The notes under the pieces were generated by a model. It was not told where the DNA came from, made no database searches, and saw only the letters and a program-made list of their open reading frames with translations. Both the position numbers and the translations under genes were made by a program. A stretch of 48,509 bases of DNA, from NCBI GenBank assembly GCA_019058275.1, contig JAHLVW010000043.1, forward strand, positions 1-48,509, written 5' to 3'. The stretch's first letter is position 1; the number at the start of each line of letters is the position of its first letter. This document shows, one piece after another, positions 19,072 through 28,691 of the stretch. Source of the stretch: Candidatus Heimdallarchaeota archaeon (GTDB taxonomy: Archaea; Asgardarchaeota; Heimdallarchaeia; JABLTI01).

Positions 19072-20109
19072 ATGGCAAAAAAGATTGGAATTCTAACGAG
19101 TGGCGGGGATGCCCCTGGATTAAATCCAGTAATCGCTGGATTTACCCGAACAGCAATTAAAAATGGTTATGAAGTTATAGGGTTTCTCGATGGATGGAAA
19201 GGACTTATTGAGGGTGAATATGAAAAGCTTTCATTAGATAAAGTAAAGGAAATTGTTCAAGAAGGTGGAACAATTTTAGGTTCATCAAGAATTAATCCGC
19301 GAAAAGTAGAAAATGGGTTTGAAAAAATACTAAAGACTCTAAAGAATTTAGATGTTTATGCATTTGCTGCTTGTGGTGGGGATGATACATTAGGCGTTGC
19401 AAAAATTCTGAATGAAAAAGGAGCTAATGTTGTGGGAGTACCCAAAACAATTGATAATGATCTAGAAGCTACAGATCAAACATTTGGTTTTGACACATCA
19501 ATAAATATTGCAATGGATGCAATTGATAGACTACGTACCACAGCCAAATCTCATCACAGAGTATTTGTTTTGGAACTAATGGGAAGACACTCTGGTTGGA
19601 TTGCACTTGAAGCAGGGATGGCTGGTAATGCCAATGCAATAATTATTCCTGAATTTGAATATTCTTTAGATGAGTTATGTAGGTTGCTAAAGAAAAGACA
19701 TGATGGAAGAAGAACCTACAGTATTGTTGTTGTAGCTGAAGGAGTTATTTTCCCTGAAATGAAAGAAAAAGTGGAGAAGGTAGGAAAAGATTCATTTGGT
19801 AATGTAATACTGGCAGACCTTAAAGTAGGTGAATTTTTAGCTGATGAAATTAAGGAACGAACTGGATTACCTGTAAGAGCAGTAACTCTTGGTCATATAC
19901 AAAGAGGTGGACCACCAAGTGCTTACGACCGCTATTTGGGTTTAAGATACGGAGCTAAAGCAGCTGAATTGATTCATGAAAGTAAATTTGGACGAATGGC
20001 TAGTTTACAAGGCATGAAAATTATAGATGAACCCATTGAAAAAGCCATTGCTGAAAGAAAAGTTGTTTCTAAAGATCTTTGGTTATTAGCGAAATCATTC
20101 TTCGGTTAG
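19072..20109 (+). CDS. pfkA: PfkA-family 6-phosphofructokinase, predicted PPi-dependent
   Basis: TSGGDAPGLN, GGTILGSSR, GGDDT, PKTIDND, ELMGRHSGW, LGHIQRGG. Confidence 0.95.
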   Translation: MAKKIGILTSGGDAPGLNPVIAGFTRTAIKNGYEVIGFLDGWKGLIEGEYEKLSLDKVKEIVQEGGTILGSSRINPRKVENGFEKILKTLKNLDVYAFAACGGDDTLGVAKILNEKGANVVGVPKTIDNDLEATDQTFGFDTSINIAMDAIDRLRTTAKSHHRVFVLELMGRHSGWIALEAGMAGNANAIIIPEFEYSLDELCRLLKKRHDGRRTYSIVVVAEGVIFPEMKEKVEKVGKDSFGNVILADLKVGEFLADEIKERTGLPVRAVTLGHIQRGGPPSAYDRYLGLRYGAKAAELIHESKFGRMASLQGMKIIDEPIEKAIAERKVVSKDLWLLAKSFFG

Positions 20110-20179
20110 CAACACTTTTTCTCTCATCTCTTTTTTCTTTCAGTATATTTTTTAGAAATTATTTTTTATTGCTTATTTA

Positions 20180-20320
20180 TTGATCATTGTTAAAACTACT
20201 AAATTTGGTCCATATGATGCAGTAATACCTTAAGTAGAAGGAATTGCTCACATAACAGGACGATGTGAATTAATGTTTGATCCAGATGACCCTCTGAAGA
20301 ATGGGTTTATTCTACGATAG
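20180..20320 (+). pseudogene. Remnant of the 3' end of a proline racemase-family gene
   Basis: Translates LIIVKTTKFGPYDAVIP*VEGIAHITGRCELMFDPDDPLKNGFILR*, matching the family C-terminal pattern AVIP.V.G.A.ITG.....DP.DPL..GF; internal TAA at 20231. Confidence 0.8.
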
Positions 20321-20592
20321 TAAATGAGCTTAATAAATAATTTATCAGGTGATTGTATGTCTAAACAGCAAATCAGGTTCTAATTTCAGCTAAAAAAACT
20401 GAATTTAGGCATTGAAGTCACTTTGTAGTTACAGACAGAATTTTCAGTGCAAGTCATTAGCATGTATGAAAGGGTTTTTAGATAAGATTGTAGTTTCATG
20501 TAATTGTATGTAAATTAGTCTTTATTTAATAAGAAGAACATACTTTAGTAGAAGGTTAAATAGAGCGCAACTATAATTTGAGGATAAGTTAA

Positions 20593-22014
20593 ATGATAAT
20601 CTTACATGATAATGAAAACAATAAAGCTGTTAAACTAAATTTGGTTGATACTCATACACATCTCGGTAAAGAGGAAGTTGTTGGAGGGAAAGGAAAAGAC
20701 TTTCGTATAATCAGACCAAAAGATCATCTAGATTTCTATGAAAAGCTGAAATATGATATTCACAAACGAATGACTAGTTATAGTGAGGATTATGCGTTTA
20801 CGCCACCTGAGGATCCTAAAAAACTAAATAAAACTGCCACTAAATTACAAGAGATTATTTTCAAGGAAAAAAGAACTACGCAAAATATTGGTTGGTTAGC
20901 AGATAAGATAGTAACTTTCCCATTGCATGATATTCTATCATCAAAAACAGACCCGCGTTTTGTGAAGTCAAACAATTATATTCTCACAAGAGCCCAAACC
21001 TTTGAATATGGTTCAAGACTAGTGCCTTTTTGTCGTGTAGATCCTACTGATGGTGAAAAGGCAATAGAGGAAATAAAAAGATGCATTGATTATGGAGCAC
21101 GAGGATTAAAGCTTCATCCTCTATCAGAAAAATGGATAAAGGATATTGTTACTGATAATGTCATTTCTGTAGTTAAGACTGCTGCGGATTACAAGCTTCC
21201 AGTAATTTTTGATTGTCAGAATTATAAAACTGCTCAAGATATTCATCAAGTTGTGATGGAAGTGAAATCTCAAACAATAAGTGAAGACTTTACTGTCATT
21301 ATAGGTCATTTCGGATTTGATTATCAAACTCCTGGAATGTTTGAATTATTACAACATCCTAACATAAAGACAGAAACCTCAGGGATGAGAGGTGATGACT
21401 GCGAAGTGTTTTACAAAAACTGCATTAATAATGTAGAAGATTGGCATTATTCGACTATGTATGGTTCAGATCATAGTTACTTTAGTGTCCCACAAGCAAG
21501 CGATCATTTAACCTATCTCGTCTCCAATAAGGCAAAAGACCTAGGAATAAATTTTGAACATATCAGATACGTATTAGGAATCAATGCTTTACGAATTTTG
21601 AAAATCTATTGGCCTACTAAAGTAATTAAAAGAAAAGGTATTAGTGACTCAAAAGTCACTTGGAGTGATTTTGATAAAATCTTAAAATGCAAGAATCAAC
21701 AGCAATTAGCTGATGTTGTTTCAGAATTAAGTTCAATTTCAGGAGTTTACTTCAACACAGATTCTCTATTTGATCCTTCGGGTGAGAATGTCTATGAGGA
21801 ACTTTTCATTCTGAATATCTTTGCAGATATTATCAATTTACGAAGAAGTTTTGTTGTACAACAAATAAATGAAAATAAAACTAAAGTTTCAGAAGTAACT
21901 AAATTAATGGATTTTGCTTCAGAAATAACTAGAATTCTTGAAGAATCTGAAGACACCTATCCATTCACTCAACAATATCTATTTGATTATTTACTTCATC
22001 AAAAACCAAAATGA
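20593..22014 (+). CDS. Amidohydrolase (TIM-barrel, Amidohydro_2-like) with C-terminal extension
   Basis: VDTHTHLG, PFCRVDP, GARGLKLHP, IIGHFG, ETSG, MYGSD, LGINALR. Confidence 0.88.
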   Translation: MIILHDNENNKAVKLNLVDTHTHLGKEEVVGGKGKDFRIIRPKDHLDFYEKLKYDIHKRMTSYSEDYAFTPPEDPKKLNKTATKLQEIIFKEKRTTQNIGWLADKIVTFPLHDILSSKTDPRFVKSNNYILTRAQTFEYGSRLVPFCRVDPTDGEKAIEEIKRCIDYGARGLKLHPLSEKWIKDIVTDNVISVVKTAADYKLPVIFDCQNYKTAQDIHQVVMEVKSQTISEDFTVIIGHFGFDYQTPGMFELLQHPNIKTETSGMRGDDCEVFYKNCINNVEDWHYSTMYGSDHSYFSVPQASDHLTYLVSNKAKDLGINFEHIRYVLGINALRILKIYWPTKVIKRKGISDSKVTWSDFDKILKCKNQQQLADVVSELSSISGVYFNTDSLFDPSGENVYEELFILNIFADIINLRRSFVVQQINENKTKVSEVTKLMDFASEITRILEESEDTYPFTQQYLFDYLLHQKPK

Positions 22015-22047
22015 TTTGAGATTAAATTAAACGTAAAAGTGATCTAA

Positions 22048-25000
22048 ATGAGCCAAGTACCCCCAACAAGTGGAAATTCAAAAACTCAACCAACAACTTC
22101 CTTATGTAAGTTGCTTTTTACACATGGTATTGAGGTTGAGAATTTCATTACAAACAAAAGTGGGGATATACTTGAAGATGGCAAAGAATTAGTTGCTGTT
22201 TGGGATCAGATGTTCAATGGTGCGTTTAATTTCCTAAAATCCCTTACAAGCAGCACTAAAAAAGTACCTGAATACATTCGTAAGAAAATCAAGAGAGTAG
22301 TTCGAAAAGACGTCAAAAGACATGGCAAAATTATTCACTATGTCCAGATGCATTATCAGTTTAATGGTAAAACCATCGAGATTAATGTTTTTGGTCCAGA
22401 TCCAAATATCTCTCAAATAACTTGGTTATTGGAATTAGTTACTCCACCTTGTGAATATTTGGAAGAGTTAGAATGGTGGATAAATACTCTTTATATTGCA
22501 GCTTCAAGATCTATTACTAAAGGATATAACATCCAACCTATAGGATTTAACCCATTCCAAACAGAATATAGAGCTGGAGTAACTTGTGGTGAACACCATC
22601 ACCTCGGAGGATTTAAGAGTGAAAAGGAAAAGAAAACTGTTTATAATATGATACGAGCATACATTCCTCATCTAATTGCTCTTTCAAACACTTCTCCTTT
22701 TCTTGATGGAAAAACATCAGGTCGAACGCTTCTGAAAAGAAGTAATGATGGCAGAACTATGATTCTTGCTCCTGATTGTGTTAGGAGTTACAGATTAAAA
22801 GAGAATTCAGGACAATTGGGTCCTAATATTCCAGAATATTTACCTCATGCAAGTCCTACCTTTACTCGTAATCAATTTTCAAGATATGTTAGAAAAGAAG
22901 TTCCAGATGATCGTTATGTGGATGCATTTCCATTTACAAGTTATGGAACTATTGAATTTCGATTTTTTGATGCACAATATGATCAGAATATTAGAAATTC
23001 GATAATTATTTTGTTACAAGCTCTTGCATTGAAAGCTAGAAAACTTCATCAAACAGGTACTTTGTTACCTGAAGTTAAGGGGAATACATTATATGAACAT
23101 CGCAAAAGAGCTGTTAATTTTGGCATGTTTGCAAAATTCCAAGGTGATCCAAGTATAGAATCTGCTGGAGGGGAATTTGTCAAGCATTATAATCATAATC
23201 CCGAATCAGGTGGTCCTCCTGGTAAAATCTATGAATCTTTGAGATCATTGTTAATTTGGTTGAAACCCGAGCTAAAAGAGCTAAAAGTAACTGATAGAGA
23301 TGTTTCATCACTACTAATTATGTTATGGGGAACACCAAGAATCGCTCCACCAATTTCAGCAGCTACTTATATGATTTATCTATATGAACAAAATCACAAA
23401 AATATTGCTAATGTTGTAAGAAGTTTAGCATTAATTAATGGGAAACCACGAAGAACATTTTCTGAAAGTTTAGGCAGATCTGAATATTCACTTGGTAATG
23501 TCTTTACAGCAGAGGTTGCAAAACCAAAGAGAACTGTAGATAGCACAAGAAGTTCATTAGCAAGAAAATTGCAACAAGATTCAAGACATAGACGTAAAAA
23601 AGTAATGGTTAAAGAACGTGCACGTCTTAAAACCAAGCAAATTTTGAAAACAAAAATGATTAGGGAGAAATTGAAGAAAGATAAAGAATTGGAAAGAAAG
23701 AGACAAGCAAGGCTTGCTCAACTTCAAAAAGCTAAAAAAACCTCTCCCAAACCTACTGCTACTCGTTCAACTAAACCCTTTCTACGAACATCTAGTAGTG
23801 TTTACAAAACAAAGATTCCTGTTAGTCGAGTGCCTGCTAAGCGATCAAGTACAACAAGAGCATCTAGTACATCATATAGAAAATTACCAATAAGCAGTAA
23901 AGCAAGAACTACAATAGCTAGAAAAAGTACTATTAAGAAACCTCCAGTTACAACAACTAGAAAACCAACGAAGAAAACACGTACCAGATATAAGAAACCC
24001 AGAAAACCACCAGCTAAAAAGAAAGTAATCACAAAAACTGCTATTAAAAGCAGAGCAAGAACTCCTCAAACAACAAGTAGAAGACCTGCACAAGCATATG
24101 CTTCTACAGTATCAAGGAATTCCTATAATAGACAGCAAATAACCTTACCAAGACCGCAAATTAGCAAACGAACATCTACTAAAACAACAGCAAGAAGGAA
24201 GACCACTCCTAAAAAATCATCAGCACCTACAAAAACAGTAGCTACACAAGCAATTCTTCAATATGAATCCTATAAAGATACAAAATACGTCAGAAATGTT
24301 TCAGTTACTAATTTACCTGCAAGAATTGATTATGGAGCAATAATGCCTGCAATCAAGATTAAATGGAAAAGATCAATTATTCAATCAATGTTAACTTACC
24401 CCGTTATTATAGAAGCAGAAGTATCATCATTAAATAAAGGTAGTAGATTTAGGAAAAAAGCATTTCTTGAGAAAATTAATCTGGTTAAAGCTTCTTTAAG
24501 AGGCACATGTTATTTACCAATCCCAATTAATATCAATGACAATACTGGAGAATTCCAGGTAAAATTCATTGTTAAGGATGGAAAGAATAGAAGAATTCTT
24601 GCTACAGAATATCGAACTTTTTACCGATCCAGAGTTGCTAGAGATAAAATTCATCAAATTAGCAAATTGTATATTCCACCCAATCAAGTTGGTGATTCAA
24701 AAATAAGCATTAAAGTGAAAGCATCAAAGAAAAACTCCAGAGGTAAAATAAGCATTTGGGGAATCTCACAAAGTGGAATAATGAAACTTTATGAGAAAAA
24801 AGCGAAATTTAAACCAGCTACTTTTTCCCTTGATTTACCTGTTTTAATACCTGCAAGCATGTGTTCTTCAAAGTGGTATATTTATGCTGTATTTAATGCC
24901 CGCGGTGCAAGTATAGCGTCCTTTGCAAAAACTTCTCCACCATTATCAAAGATTATCAATCTAAGTTTCAGTGGGAATCCCCCATTAAGACAACGAGTGA

Positions 25001-25323
25001 ATTCTGATTTTCGTTCAGCTATAACACCAAAATTTGTGTTCAAGACCCGATGTGAAATTCACGAAGTTGATATTTTACTAATAGATAATTTGAATGTTAA
25101 AGTTTTGAAAAGATATCGACTAAGAACACGTATCAAAAAAGGAGAAAAATTCGTACTTGAACCATTTGAATGGAAATCACCATCAATGAGAAAAGGAATA
25201 TTCAGCTCTTACAAGCAGAAATCAGTGAGATTAAGTTGTCGAATAATTGATAATCTAGGAGAAATCAATGAATCACTGATTGGTATTGTAGAAACACCAA
25301 CGATTACTGTTTATAAAAAGTAA
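22048..25323 (+). CDS. GCS2/YbdK-type carboxylate-amine ligase fused to a basic low-complexity linker and beta-rich C-terminal domains
   Basis: THGIEVE, LELVTPP, TCGEHHHLG, PHLIALSNTSPFLDG, YGTIEFRFFD; K/R/T/S/P-rich stretch at roughly aa 490-740. Confidence 0.85.
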   Translation: MSQVPPTSGNSKTQPTTSLCKLLFTHGIEVENFITNKSGDILEDGKELVAVWDQMFNGAFNFLKSLTSSTKKVPEYIRKKIKRVVRKDVKRHGKIIHYVQMHYQFNGKTIEINVFGPDPNISQITWLLELVTPPCEYLEELEWWINTLYIAASRSITKGYNIQPIGFNPFQTEYRAGVTCGEHHHLGGFKSEKEKKTVYNMIRAYIPHLIALSNTSPFLDGKTSGRTLLKRSNDGRTMILAPDCVRSYRLKENSGQLGPNIPEYLPHASPTFTRNQFSRYVRKEVPDDRYVDAFPFTSYGTIEFRFFDAQYDQNIRNSIIILLQALALKARKLHQTGTLLPEVKGNTLYEHRKRAVNFGMFAKFQGDPSIESAGGEFVKHYNHNPESGGPPGKIYESLRSLLIWLKPELKELKVTDRDVSSLLIMLWGTPRIAPPISAATYMIYLYEQNHKNIANVVRSLALINGKPRRTFSESLGRSEYSLGNVFTAEVAKPKRTVDSTRSSLARKLQQDSRHRRKKVMVKERARLKTKQILKTKMIREKLKKDKELERKRQARLAQLQKAKKTSPKPTATRSTKPFLRTSSSVYKTKIPVSRVPAKRSSTTRASSTSYRKLPISSKARTTIARKSTIKKPPVTTTRKPTKKTRTRYKKPRKPPAKKKVITKTAIKSRARTPQTTSRRPAQAYASTVSRNSYNRQQITLPRPQISKRTSTKTTARRKTTPKKSSAPTKTVATQAILQYESYKDTKYVRNVSVTNLPARIDYGAIMPAIKIKWKRSIIQSMLTYPVIIEAEVSSLNKGSRFRKKAFLEKINLVKASLRGTCYLPIPININDNTGEFQVKFIVKDGKNRRILATEYRTFYRSRVARDKIHQISKLYIPPNQVGDSKISIKVKASKKNSRGKISIWGISQSGIMKLYEKKAKFKPATFSLDLPVLIPASMCSSKWYIYAVFNARGASIASFAKTSPPLSKIINLSFSGNPPLRQRVNSDFRSAITPKFVFKTRCEIHEVDILLIDNLNVKVLKRYRLRTRIKKGEKFVLEPFEWKSPSMRKGIFSSYKQKSVRLSCRIIDNLGEINESLIGIVETPTITVYKK

Positions 25324-25471
25324 TTATTTTGGTATTTTTAGGTAAAAGCTCTTTTCATCTATTGTTTCTTTTACTTTTATTCAAAAAAGTTAAATATCAT
25401 CTGACTGCCAGAAAACCCATAGCTATTTGCTCTAAAAATTTTTCTCAATTATTCTTGAGAAAATAAGGAGT

Positions 25472-27250
25472 GTGGTGATAGTGTTAGAAGACAAGAAAAG
25501 ATACCTCATTACTAGTGCCTTGCCTTATGTCAACACTGTGAAGCATCTCGGGAATTTAGTTTCTTCTCTCCTTCCAGCAGATATCTTAGCACGATATTTA
25601 CGACAAAGAGGAGAAGAAGTTCTAGCAGTATGTGGAACAGATGATCATGGTACTCCATCAGAAGTCTCTGCATTGGAAGCCGGAATCCCAGTAGATAAAT
25701 TCGTAGAGCAAATGTACATGAAGCAAAAAGACATTTACGAACGATTTGGTTTATCTTATGATTTATTCAGCAGAACACATACAACTGAAAATACTAAAAT
25801 GACTCAACATCTATTCCTGAAGTTACATGAAAATGGTTTCATTAAAGAAAAAGAGATTCAAACATTATACTGTAACAATTGCAAAAGGGATTTACCAGAT
25901 AGATATGTAATTGGAACATGCCCAAATTGCAAATATGAACATGCTCGTGGAGATCAATGTGAGAATTGCTCTAAAATTCTTGATGGAATTGATTTGCTTA
26001 ATCCAAAGTGCATTGTGTGTGGTGAAAGTAACACTAAAATTAGATCAGCAAACCATCTATTCTTAGATTTAGATGGATTAGAAGGTGATCTCAAGAAATG
26101 GGTCGATTCACATAAAAATTGGCCTAAAACTACCCTCTCAATAGCAAACAGCTGGCTTAAAGAAGGTTTAAGACCTCGTTGCATATCTCGAGACCTTGAA
26201 TGGGGCATTCCTATCCCATTGGAAGGTTATACTGACAAAGTCTTTTACGTTTGGTTTGATGCACCAATTGGGTATATTTCGATATCCATGGAATGGGCAA
26301 AACAACAAGGAAACCCAGATCTTTGGAAAGAATATTGGAAAAGTTCAGACACCTATATTATCAACTTTATTGGAAAAGATAATGTTCCTTACCACGCAAT
26401 AACCTTTCCGGCAACACTGGTAGGTGCAAATGATGGTTTTCATTTGGCTGATTACATAAAAGCATTCCAATGGCTAAACTATGAGAAACTAAAATTCTCT
26501 TCAAGCCAAGGAATCGGTATTTTCACAGATACTGCATTGGAATTGTATCCAGCTGATTACTGGCGTTATTATATTATGAAAATAGCTCCAGAAAGACATG
26601 ATACTGATTTCCTTTGGACAGAATTTAGGGATAGCATAAATGGTGATCTTGCTGATACCCTAGGAAACTTTGTACACCGCACTCTAACTTTTATTAACAG
26701 GTATTTTGATGGAAAAGTACCAAAAGTAAAGAAGTTAGAAAAGATAGATCATGAAATATTAAAATCACTAAAAGATACTGCTGAAAAAGCAGATAAGGAA
26801 CTTAGGAAAATAGAATTCCAACGAGCACTATTATCAATCTTTGATTTTGCTAGAGAATGTAACAAATATTTCCAAACAAAGAAGCCATGGGATGATTTAA
26901 AGAAAGATGCTAAAGATAGAGCTGCAACGACATTAAACACTTGTATACAATGTTGCAGAGGATTAGCAATACTCCTTGCACCATATATTCCATTTTCAGC
27001 AGAGGAAATCTTCAAACTTCTTAATTTGAAAGAAAGTGTTCATAAACAATCTTGGGATTCTGTATCTGAAAGAATAGCTGAAGGACATAAAATACCTAAA
27101 GATATCCAAACAATCTTCAAAAAAATCGAATTAGAAGATATAATCAAACTTGGATTAAAATGGGGCAGTGAATCAATTAAGGAATTATTGGTTACTAATC
27201 CACAGCTTGATCCTAGAAAAGAAGATAAACCTAAAAAAGTAAAAAAATAG
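25472..27250 (+). CDS. metG: Methionyl-tRNA synthetase catalytic and anticodon-binding domains
   Basis: ITSALPYVN..HLGN, CGTDDHG, zinc knuckles, ISRDLEWGIP, YVWFDAPIGY, KFSSS. Confidence 0.97.
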   Translation: MVIVLEDKKRYLITSALPYVNTVKHLGNLVSSLLPADILARYLRQRGEEVLAVCGTDDHGTPSEVSALEAGIPVDKFVEQMYMKQKDIYERFGLSYDLFSRTHTTENTKMTQHLFLKLHENGFIKEKEIQTLYCNNCKRDLPDRYVIGTCPNCKYEHARGDQCENCSKILDGIDLLNPKCIVCGESNTKIRSANHLFLDLDGLEGDLKKWVDSHKNWPKTTLSIANSWLKEGLRPRCISRDLEWGIPIPLEGYTDKVFYVWFDAPIGYISISMEWAKQQGNPDLWKEYWKSSDTYIINFIGKDNVPYHAITFPATLVGANDGFHLADYIKAFQWLNYEKLKFSSSQGIGIFTDTALELYPADYWRYYIMKIAPERHDTDFLWTEFRDSINGDLADTLGNFVHRTLTFINRYFDGKVPKVKKLEKIDHEILKSLKDTAEKADKELRKIEFQRALLSIFDFARECNKYFQTKKPWDDLKKDAKDRAATTLNTCIQCCRGLAILLAPYIPFSAEEIFKLLNLKESVHKQSWDSVSERIAEGHKIPKDIQTIFKKIELEDIIKLGLKWGSESIKELLVTNPQLDPRKEDKPKKVKK

Positions 27251-27286
27251 CCTAAGAAAGAAGAAAAAACAACGAAGGTAAAGAAA

Positions 27287-27619
27287 GTGACCAAAGAATT
27301 ATTATCATTTAAGGAATTTCAAAAATTAGAACTAAAAGTAGGTACAATTAAGTCAGTTGATCCTGTTAAAGATGCTAAAAAACTACTGAAAATAATTGTT
27401 GATATTGGTAATGAAGAAAGACAAATTGTTGCAGGAATTGCTGAACGGTACAAACCTGATGAATTAATAGGTAAGCAAATTGTTGTTGTAACAAATCTTG
27501 AACCTGCTAAAATAAGGGGTGTTGAATCCAACGGTATGCTACTAGCAGCAGATGCGGACCCAGAAATCTCTATTTTAGTTCCTTATAGAGAAGTTCCTAA
27601 TGGTTCAAAAGTTCGATAA
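27287..27619 (+). CDS. MetRS C-terminal tRNA-binding OB-fold (Trbp111/EMAPII-like), in frame with metG across one TAG
   Basis: F.KLELKVG.I, RQIVAGI, NLEPAKIRGVESNGMLLAA; same frame as metG with 12 sense codons between the TAG and GTG 27287. Confidence 0.93.
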   Translation: MTKELLSFKEFQKLELKVGTIKSVDPVKDAKKLLKIIVDIGNEERQIVAGIAERYKPDELIGKQIVVVTNLEPAKIRGVESNGMLLAADADPEISILVPYREVPNGSKVR

Positions 27620-27660
27620 ATAAAAATGTGAAATTCTTTGACTTTTACAATTACTTATTT

Positions 27661-27930
27661 TTAATCTATTGACAAAAGTATCAATGCAGCAATTATACCT
27701 CTTCGTGGGAGTTCAGTTTTGAAGGGATCTCTTTCTAAAACGTCACATAATGCTTTCCAACGTACGATTGTATCATAAGTTGCAGGATACTTACTTAAAC
27801 AGAAAATTACCGCAACAATTCCCTTATCTCTTTCCTCTTTGAATGCTTTTTGAGTTAGTAAATCATAAAATGTTTTCCAGCGGATTGCAGCATCTAATTC
27901 AGGTATTCTTTTTGAAGCCATTTCCATCAA
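27661..27930 (-). CDS. Small hypothetical protein made of two internal repeats
   Basis: DAAIRWKTFYDLLTQKAFKEERDKGIVAVIFCLS versus DTIVRWKALCDVLERDPFKTELPRRGIIAALILLS. Confidence 0.75.
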   Translation of the reverse strand: MMEMASKRIPELDAAIRWKTFYDLLTQKAFKEERDKGIVAVIFCLSKYPATYDTIVRWKALCDVLERDPFKTELPRRGIIAALILLSID

Positions 27931-27984
27931 CGTAATCTTTTAGTAAAACAAAATATATGTTCAATATTTAGTATCATGATTCAA

Positions 27985-28066
27985 AAAGTCTTTCGGAAAA
28001 TGAAAATTCATACGAAAAATAGGACTTAGAAAAAATAAAAATATTTCAATCATTTCGAAAGACTTT
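27985..28066. promoter_or_regulatory. Inverted repeat pair in the divergent intergenic region (probable back-to-back promoters or operators)
   Basis: AAAGTCTTTCG at 27985 and its exact reverse complement CGAAAGACTTT ending at 28066. Confidence 0.45.
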
Positions 28067-28160
28067 CAAACTTGAATTAACTTCATAAATATTGAGTATC
28101 ACAATACATAATTCTATTAAGGAACAAATAACTAAGAATTAAAGGTAGAGGGTTATACAA

Positions 28161-28619
28161 ATGGAACTTAGTGAGGACGATTTCTGGGCAAGATTAGCAA
28201 TTGAAGCAGGAGAAATGAAAAAAGAAGAACCGAATTTTACTCCTGTGAACGGTGATACTAGAGTTTGGAAAGGTTTTATCATTGGAACAGGATTGTACTC
28301 TGGTGGTGTGTTTCAATTCCAAATACAAATTCCAAGATCATATCCATTTAAACCACCTAAAGTTAAAACTTTGACACCTATCTGGCATCCAAATATTTTC
28401 AAAGATCGTATCTGTCTTGGAATATTAGGAAAAGATTGGACACCAGCTAGCAATTTAGTTGATATAGTAGAGTCATTACGTTTCTTATTATCCAACCCAA
28501 ATCCTGATGACCCTCTGAACACGACTGCTGCTAAAGAATTCAAAAACAACAATAAAGAGTTTGAACGAAAAGCAAAATTATATATAGAAAAATATGCTAC
28601 TTGGGATGCTCTTGGATAG
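28161..28619 (+). CDS. Ubiquitin-conjugating enzyme E2
   Basis: YSGGVF, YPFKPPKV, IWHPNI, catalytic Cys in ICLGIL, WTPA, PNPDDPLN. Confidence 0.96.
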   Translation: MELSEDDFWARLAIEAGEMKKEEPNFTPVNGDTRVWKGFIIGTGLYSGGVFQFQIQIPRSYPFKPPKVKTLTPIWHPNIFKDRICLGILGKDWTPASNLVDIVESLRFLLSNPNPDDPLNTTAAKEFKNNNKEFERKAKLYIEKYATWDALG

Positions 28620-28691
28620 CAAATAACCAAATTTGTTGTTTATTTTGCCTCTTTCTAAATGCTATTTATAGTGTTATGCTGCAGTTAAATT

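Noticed and set aside
20279-20300. Nucleotide similarity to the E2 gene (gatgaccctctgaa, also near 28506) suggesting a duplicated E2 fragment
   Set aside because: Coincidental shared PDDPL coding; the wider frame matches proline racemase
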